Positions 7,504 to 13,267 of a stretch of DNA of 13,267 nt are shown in pieces (the stretch's first letter is position 1; every line of letters starts with the position of its first letter). The notes beneath the pieces were generated by a model. The model searched no databases and was not told the origin of the DNA. It saw nothing but the letters and a program-made list of their open reading frames with translations. A program made the position numbers and the translations under genes. The DNA lies in the NCBI GenBank assembly GCA_000388065.2, contig KB932203.1. The stretch is one strand, 5' to 3'. Source of the stretch: Fonticula alba ATCC 38817. Taxonomy: Eukaryota > Protista > Nucleariida.

Positions 7504-7861
7504 GCAGCAGCAATCCTCCGAAGAGGATGCCCTCCTCTCGGGCGGCATTCAGCTCCAGCGCCTGCATCAGCTCCAGCAGCTCCAGCAATTCCGCCAGCTG
7601 CAGCTCCAGCAGCAGGCCAACATGGTCCAGCTCCAGGGGAGTGGCAGCAGTGGCAGCCTCCCTCTGATGGCATCAGTCTCCGGGGGACAGCAGTTGTCCT
7701 TCTCTCCGGGCTTTGGCAGCCTCATGTCCAATGGCCTGGCGGCCGATGCCAGTGGCGGGCTTCTCCTCTCGGGCAGCAGCTCCGACACGCTGGTGGTCGG
7801 TGATCGCTCGGACTCACAGGCAAGCCAGACGGGCGGCAACACGGCCGTCATGCGCACCTGA
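1731..7861 (+). CDS. CSL: CSL-family transcription factor (RBP-J/Su(H)/LAG-1; fungal Cbf11/Cbf12 family), five exons: 1731-2247, 2354-2812, 2923-3066, 3156-4072, 4373-7861
   Basis: The spliced translation shows the ordered CSL motifs: [22 protein letters not shown] (3413-3478; RBP-J [22 protein letters not shown]), FKYMHV...KSFIL (3992-4063), FDSAPVSIISKPSKK (4406-4450), VALFNRVNSQTVRTKYM (4499-4549; RBP-J VALFNRLRSQTVSTRYL), WAPFII (4745-4762), LYNMPVVLE (4811-4837), VMILRRV (5072-5092), VSQLQKVAL (5159-5185), LYLS (5477-5488), CWTIV..ARHVRF (5735-5776). Four GT-AG introns join different ORF-track frames with matching phases (1,1,1,0). Total 5526 nt, divisible by 3. Family call is from remembered motifs, not a database search. 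Confidence 0.95.
2248..2353 (+). other. Intron 1 (106 nt)
   Basis: GTACGC donor, CTGAC branch motif 2323-2327, pyrimidine tract, CGCAG acceptor. Splicing removes the TGA at 2292-2294 and G+AC gives Asp in frame. Confidence 0.8.
2354..2812 (+). CDS. CSL: CSL exon 2 (Ser/Pro/Leu-rich, ends in SVG repeats)
   Basis: Protein-like frame of ORF 1885..3003 (DLASADAMAV...SVNTS) bounded by AG| and G|GTGCGC. Confidence 0.8.
2716..2802 (+). repeat. Coding 9-nt minisatellite (KCGGTCGGC), about 9.7 copies, encoding (AVG)2(SVG)7SV
   Basis: GCGGTCGGC x2, then TCGGTCGGC x7, then TCGGTC; read directly. Confidence 0.97.
2813..2922 (+). other. Intron 2 (110 nt)
   Basis: GTGCGC donor, CTGAC 2866-2870, (AC)8 at about 2869-2885, CTCAG acceptor; phase 1 preserved. 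Confidence 0.85.
2923..3066 (+). CDS. CSL: CSL exon 3 (IIPGVLPG...LTQQF)
   Basis: Frame of ORF 2829..3308 bounded by AG| and G|GTGCGC; 144 nt, phase 1-1 symmetric. Confidence 0.8.
3067..3155 (+). other. Intron 3 (89 nt)
   Basis: GTGCGC donor, CAC/GCAC repeats 3097-3133, CTCAC branch-like motif 3126-3130, CACAG acceptor. Confidence 0.85.
3156..4072 (+). CDS. CSL: CSL exon 4 (most of the LAG1-type N-terminal DNA-binding domain)
   Basis: Contains [28 protein letters not shown] and FKYMHV...KSFILRAG; ends at GGG|GTGCGT, phase 0. Confidence 0.92.
4073..4372 (+). other. Intron 4 (300 nt)
   Basis: GTGCGT donor, CTGAC 4267-4271, CA-rich 4327-4353, CCAG acceptor. The junction FILRAG|VYLDDHSPLLSFDS aligns without a gap to remembered RBP-J [20 protein letters not shown]. 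Confidence 0.92.
4373..7861 (+). CDS. CSL: CSL exon 5 (end of NTD, beta-trefoil domain, His/Gln-rich and polyQ tail)
   Basis: Uninterrupted 1162-codon frame holding all beta-trefoil motifs; TGA at 7859-7861. The part after the N gap assumes the same frame and no hidden intron. Confidence 0.88.
6203..6325 (+). repeat. His/Gln/Ser low-complexity coding tract
   Basis: QSQQLHQAFHHHHLGLHHQHHQQSQQQSQSQSQQQSQQQSH, with CAGTCGCAG-type units. Confidence 0.9.
6695..7513 (+). repeat. CAG/CAA trinucleotide repeat (polyglutamine) spanning an assembly gap
   Basis: 20 Gln codons at 6695-6754, gap, 21 Gln codons at 7280-7342, further Q runs to 7513. Confidence 0.95.
6755..7279. other. Assembly gap (525 N)
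   Basis: N run flanked by CAG repeats on both sides. Confidence 1.
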
Positions 7862-7870
7862 GGTGGCCCT

Positions 7871-7930
7871 TGTGTGTGTGTGTGTGTGTGTGTATGACCC
7901 GCCGCACCGCACCGCGCCGCACCGCACACG
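7871..7930 (+). repeat. (TG)11 microsatellite followed by CGCAC pentamer repeats in the probable 3' UTR
   Basis: TG repeat 7871-7892, 10 nt after the stop; CGCAC units at about 7900-7930. Confidence 0.9.
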
Positions 7931-8668
7931 TGTCTCCCCTTCCTCTTTCTTCCTGCACCCCTCCTTTTGGATGTTTTTTTTTGTTCCGACATAGAATCCT
8001 GTGTCCTCCCCTTTTTGTACACACAGACCCCCCGCTTCAATAGATCCCCCTCAGGGTATGCACGCGCCCGCTGGCTTGGGCGCGCACCCTAGTCCCATCC
8101 GTTGTTGTCTCGTGTATTGTGTTCCTTCTCCCGCCGCCCCCGCCGCCCCGGGTATTCGCCTCACTTTGCGGCCTGCAGGGATGATGGGGGGGGGGGGGGG
8201 GCATCTGCGCCGATGGTGTATGTTTTTTTTTTTTTTTTTTTTATTTGGGCGCTCCCCCCTTCCTGCCTCAGAAGGTCGCCCTGCGCCCGGGACAGAGTCG
8301 CCCATGCAGAGCCGGAGCAGGAGGCACACGATGACGACATGGCGTCGAGTCGAACACGCTGATCAGCCGAACGCGCACAATATCACGCGCAGAGTCGAGT
8401 AAGCACGTGAGCACATCACCCATAGACTGTGGGTGATACGCTTGCCGACGGGCAACCAGGGTGCTCCACGCCCGGCAGCTCGCCGGCCTCGCCAGGACAC
8501 TCCCCCCCGCGTCCGCCTTCTGGGCGACGGCAGCGCGGCGGCGGCGGGTGCGGCGGACTTCGCCATGGGGTAGATTGGCTTTGAACGTGGGGGAGCCCCG
8601 GGGTCGCTGTGACCCCGCCCGCTCCCCGCCCCCCTCCGGTCTCCTCCCTTGTTGTCTCCTTCTCCCTG

Positions 8669-8780
8669 CCCCCCCCCCCCCACACCCCCCCCCCCCCCCC
8701 CCCCCCTCCCCCCCCCCCCCCCCCCCCCCCCCTTTTTTTCCCCTCCCCCCCCCCCCCCCCCCCCCCCCCGCCTCCCCCCC
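8669..8780 (+). repeat. Near-pure poly-C tract of about 110 nt
   Basis: Read directly; interrupted by ACA, single T bases and T7 (8733-8739). Confidence 0.9.
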
Positions 8781-9626
8781 GGGTTCCTGCCTCGACGCTG
8801 CGCGGTACGAGTCTACCTGGCGCAAGACCGCTCGCATATTGGCTGTCTAATCCTTGACTCATTAATAGCCCTGGGAGTGAAACCCTCCAGCCTTTGGCAA
8901 GTCAGTCTGGAGGCCCAGCAGAAAGTGGGCGGAAAAATATTCCGCACCCAGCCGGGATGCAGGTGTGGATTTCTGCCAGTAAATGTGAGTGTCATATATG
9001 TATATGCATCGTCATGGATGTGTGCTTGTGTATGTGTGTGTGTGTGTGCGTGTGAGTCTGGCCGCCGGAGCGGGAAAGGGCAGAAAGAGCACTGGGTGGC
9101 AGATGGGCTGGGGGGCCCTCTCCGACTTGCGGATGTGGACGCGCACAGGCGCGCGTATGGGGGATGTGTGCGCCTCTCCTCGTGGTACCTGGGCGCGGGG
9201 CAGGGGCCGGGCGGGGCCGAGGCGAACCCCAGGGCCGGAAAAACATCGGACAAGGGGGCAACCGTCCCCCCCGGGCGGGGCACAAAGGGTGACCTGCCGG
9301 TCTGCCGGCCTGGCCGCGAGGGGCCCGGCGTTTGCGCGCCTCCCGCCAGCCGGCGGCCGGCATCGGGGTGGCCCACGGAGGACCGGACGCCCATGTGGAT
9401 GGGCGCGCGGCCACACCAGCACCCAAGGCCCCGCTTGCCCGGCACCGGGGTCGAGGGGGACGGAGTGCGTGCATGCGTGTGTGCATGCATGGACATGGGG
9501 ATGTGAGGCACGGCGGAGGCACGAAGGGGCCGGGAGGGCAGGCCCTCTGGCTCTGGCGCCTCTTTTTTTTTTTTTTCCCCGGAGTGAGGCCCAGCCAGAA
9601 TGTTGATCGTGGTCAAGGGTCGCGGT

Positions 9627-9650
9627 GCGCGCGCGCGCGCGCGCGCGCGC
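9627..9650. repeat. (GC)12 dinucleotide repeat
   Basis: Read directly; self-complementary. Confidence 0.95.
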
Positions 9651-11538
9651 CTCCCTGGAGATGGGGACCGCATATTGGCTCGCCAAGACTTGGGGGCATC
9701 GCGCTTGCGCCATTGGCGCGACACAGGCGCGGAGCTCGTGAGCCCGCGAAGGAACAAGCCCGAGAGGTGCTGTGTAATGGAACATGCTCAATGCATGCGC
9801 AAGCCCCTTCACAGAGCACCTTCGAGCTTGGTGCGCATGGGATGAGGCAGGGGCGGCCGGGGGGCCCGGGCCGCCCGGTGCCTAATGGCCGGCCGAGTGG
9901 GACGATGCCGCACCAAGGTCGCCAGTGCGGGCCACCGGGCGAGTTTGGGCCGCAGGGAAGGCCGGGACGGGGCCCGAAGGCGGAGGCGCAGGAGGTGGGG
10001 GGCTTATCACTGGCGATCATGGGCCCCGGGGAATATGCCCGGCGCGCGAGACGGGCGGACATCCCACCTCGAAAGCGAGGGCGGCGCCAGAGGCTGACCG
10101 CCTCGAGGGAGAGAGGGAGAGAGAGAGGAGGGGCACCGACGTGTGACGTTACCCGGGTCATGCTGTGGTCAGTGCCAATCTCGGAGATGATCTTGACGCC
10201 GGCGCACGCACGCTGAGGGGTAGATACCGAGCGGCACACGAGGCGGCAGGCCGGCCGGCCGGCAGGCATGCGTGCATGCAGGCAAGCAGCCAGATGTGGT
10301 GGGCGCGTGTTGGGCGCATGTGCGCAGAGGCCGGGGAAGGGGGACAGGGTGCACAATGCTACACGTAAGAAAACTCGAGCGCCACACCCGGCGGGGGGTA
10401 ACTTGCGCCACGATCGTGCCCGGCGCACAGATACCGCACGGGGGTGTGCGTCACCATGACCACAGGTCTGCCCACAAACAGCCCCGCCGGACGAGGCAAG
10501 CACAGGCTTTCCCCTCATGGCCACCCTTCGGCCCCCGAGATACAGTGCATGCTGGGCCCGCGTCAGGCGCGTCAGTCAAAGCCGCTCCGGGGGCCAAGCA
10601 GGGAAATGTTGCCTCGAGAAAGGGCAGAACCGCGGCCCTTTCGCACGATGCCGGCGTCCAGGTGAGGCGAGGGCGGGGGGGGGGGACGCGGGGACCGCGA
10701 CCAAGAACTGAGCTCCTTCTCGGGAGGGAGGCAAGGGGGGTCGGCCTGAGGGGGAGGCGGGGGGGCGGGACGGACATTTACCTCATGGTCGCGCGGCTGG
10801 AGAAGATGGCAGGCAACAACCACCGGCGTGGCAGCGAGCGCTGAGTGGGGGGGGGCGGGAGAGGGAAGGGGGTAGCCGGGGCCAAGAAGCTTCGTCCTAC
10901 CCCCCACCCCCCCCCAGCCCCATACACACACATCCCGCAGGCCGGCCCGCCCCTCGGGTCGCTGGTTTCGCCGCGGCGTGGCCTGACCGTGAGGCCCTCG
11001 GCGGAGATAGCACCATGCAGGCACCCACCTCAGGAGGCGCGGCGCGGGCCGGCCTGCGGGGAGGGGTCATTCTCCATGGGGGGAGGCGGAGCGCGCCGTC
11101 GCCGCCTCTCATCTCGGTCGGGCCCGGGCCCGGGCCCGGCGCGAGTCGGAGATATTTGGGCGCCGGGTGGGATGGCGCACGGCTCGGGCGTAGGCCCGCG
11201 GCCTCCGATCGGGCCCGGTTGTTTGTTACACCCGAAGAGCGGGCCGCGACATCCGACAGCCGGACAGCCCGGGACAGCCGGCGCCAGAGCCGGGGACGGG
11301 AGTGCTCACGAGGCCGGCCGGCGCGACAGGCAGCCGCACCGCCACAACCTAGCTGCCTCCTGAGTGAATGAGTAAGGCGCGGTGTGGGCCAGCGGGCCAG
11401 TGGGTGTGTGGGATGTTGTTTCCAAGGGCGACCGAGCCCCTGTGTACCTTCAAAGCCCAACCCTGGGCGCCCCGGGGCCATCATGCCCATGCGCTTCGAT
11501 GCCTGCCCCCCCTCTTTGCACAGGCATGGGGGCGCCTT

Positions 11539-11753
11539 NNNNNNNNNNNNNNNNNNNNNNNNNNNNNNNNNNNNNNNNNNNNNNNNNNNNNNNNNNNNNN
11601 NNNNNNNNNNNNNNNNNNNNNNNNNNNNNNNNNNNNNNNNNNNNNNNNNNNNNNNNNNNNNNNNNNNNNNNNNNNNNNNNNNNNNNNNNNNNNNNNNNNN
11701 NNNNNNNNNNNNNNNNNNNNNNNNNNNNNNNNNNNNNNNNNNNNNNNNNNNNN
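11539..11753. other. Assembly gap (215 N)
   Basis: N run. Confidence 1.
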
Positions 11754-11884
11754 GCTGTGCCGCGGGCAGGCACCGCTGGCGTTTCGTCGGACCGAGCTGG
11801 CGGGGGCCACAGCGCTCTGAGGCCAGTCGCTAGGTTCGCGCGCGCGCCGGGCGTTTTCCTCGGTGCTCGTGCGCTTTCCCCCTT

Positions 11885-11910
11885 TCTCTCTCTCTCTCTT
11901 TCTCTCTCTC
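11885..11910 (+). repeat. (TC)n microsatellite
   Basis: Read directly. Confidence 0.85.
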
Positions 11911-12376
11911 GCTGTCGCCCCCCCCCCATGCCTGCCTGTTTCCTTCGAATGCAGCTTGAGTTGCGGCCCTTCATGACGCCTTCCGGCCCAGTCTCGCCAA
12001 CAGAGGCCCACTGTGGGAGCCGCCCAGCGTGGGGTCGCAAGGGCAGGGAGAGGCAGGCGTGTGTATGTGTGTGTGTGTATGGGGGGGGGGGGCATCCCCC
12101 GCCGCATGCATTCGCAGAGAGCGCCCCGCAAAAAGAAGGGGGCAAGTGACGAGAGGGGGGGGGGGGGCATCGCCGCGTCGGGGGCCAATGTGCCAGCAAT
12201 CGTGCGTCCAGCTCCCGAGGCTTGCGCTGGACTGCTTGTGTCGCTTGCCGGCCGGCCGGCGGACCGATGCGGCCCCGCGGCCCCCGCCTTCTTTTCTGGT
12301 CGGCGCGGGCGCGGGCACAGCCCCGCCGAGAGTGTCTGCCTCGTGCCGGCGGGACAGCTTGCAGCAGAGCTTCTTG

Positions 12377-12385
12377 CCCCCCCCG

Positions 12386-12418
<33 letters not shown>

Positions 12419-12451
12419 CCCCCCGCCCGCCGCGGGGGGGGGGGCGGGGGT

Positions 12452-12491
<40 letters not shown>

Positions 12492-12564
12492 CGGGCGGGG
12501 GGGGGGGGGGTCGGGTGGCGGGCCGGGCGGTGCTCTCCGTGGGGGGGGGGGGGGGGGGGGGGGG
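12377..12564. repeat. Poly-C / poly-G inverted homopolymer block
   Basis: C31 at 12386-12416, G40 at 12452-12491, G14 at 12497-12510, G24 at 12541-12564. Confidence 0.9.
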
Positions 12565-13214
12565 CCTCGGGACAAATCAGACCCCGCGCCTGGCGAGACA
12601 CCTTGTATTCCGGAAGTTCACGCTCTGTGGTAAGCCCCCGCCCCTCGGGATAGCGCAGCCAGATGCCCCTCGCCGGGCTGTCGATGTCCCCCCGCCCGGG
12701 GCTTTCCTATGTGGTGCGCGCGCGTGCGCACATACCTGCACACGCCCACCCGCAAGCCAGAGGGTGCCCATCCACGGGGCCCACGGGAACTGCTGTTTCC
12801 CCCGCACCGCGCATGTGAAGCCCACAATCACAATTACTCCCCGCTGATAATCTGGCCCCGCGCGATCTCACCCTCCCGGTGGAATCCCCACCGGCCATAG
12901 CTTGGTAGGCCGCGTGCCGCCGCCCCGGCCGCCCCCCACCCCCGCCCCGGCCGCCCGCCCCCGCTTTGGCCCAGTCACCGTCCTGCGGCACCACGCACCA
13001 GCCGAGACAACAACCACGCACTTGGCTGCCGCCCCCCCTGGCAGCCGCGCGGTGGACGCCGTGAGCCTGAGCCCCCCCCCCCCCCCCAGCCGCCGCAACT
13101 CCACTCCCGGGGGACGGGGGGCGGCCCACACAATGCGGGGGGCAGCGGCGCGCGGGGATCCCATCGGACGCCGCGCGGTCCCCCAGCCCACCCCGCCGAC
13201 GGGCGCGGCCCCGC

Positions 13215-13220
13215 CCCCCG

Positions 13221-13267
<47 letters not shown>
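13215..13267 (+). repeat. Poly-C run at window end
   Basis: Read directly; length may be unreliable. Confidence 0.85.

Noticed and set aside
6611-7673. Antisense poly-Leu and poly-Ala ORFs and the + strand poly-Ser frame
   Set aside because: Alternative readings of the CAG/CAA repeat, lengthened by the N gap.
7864-7994. Possible intron in the 3' UTR (GT...TG repeat...TAG)
   Set aside because: Donor GTGGCC does not match the GTRCGY pattern and there is no CTRAC branch motif near the AG.
12610-12617. ETS consensus CCGGAAGT
   Set aside because: Single occurrence, and ETS factors are animal-specific while this gene does not look animal.
8001-13191. Downstream ORFs of 60-380 aa
   Set aside because: Low complexity, cross homopolymers or N gaps, no recognisable motifs, no coherent exon structure.
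1-13267. tRNA, rRNA, CRISPR array, transposase or LTR signatures
   Set aside because: None seen. The 9-nt repeat is a spacerless coding minisatellite and the locus is eukaryotic.

Overview
GC-rich eukaryotic genomic DNA with spliceosomal introns, G/C homopolymer runs, CA/TG microsatellites and two assembly gaps (6755-7279, 11539-11753). It holds one clear gene, on the + strand: a five-exon CSL-family transcription factor (CBF1/RBP-J, Su(H), LAG-1), join(1731..2247,2354..2812,2923..3066,3156..4072,4373..7861), 1841 codons of which 175 fall in the gap. The N-terminal DNA-binding domain and beta-trefoil motifs are all recognisable and, from memory, read more like fungal CSL than animal RBP-J. 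They are split by long low-complexity insertions. No C-terminal Ig/IPT domain is visible; His/Gln and very long polyQ tracts take its place. The 1.7 kb upstream holds the only three exact CSL core sites (GTGGGAA) I found in the window, plus a repeated motif module, which suggests autoregulation. The 5.4 kb downstream has no credible gene. The sequence style suggests a GC-rich unicellular opisthokont such as Fonticula; this is inference only.
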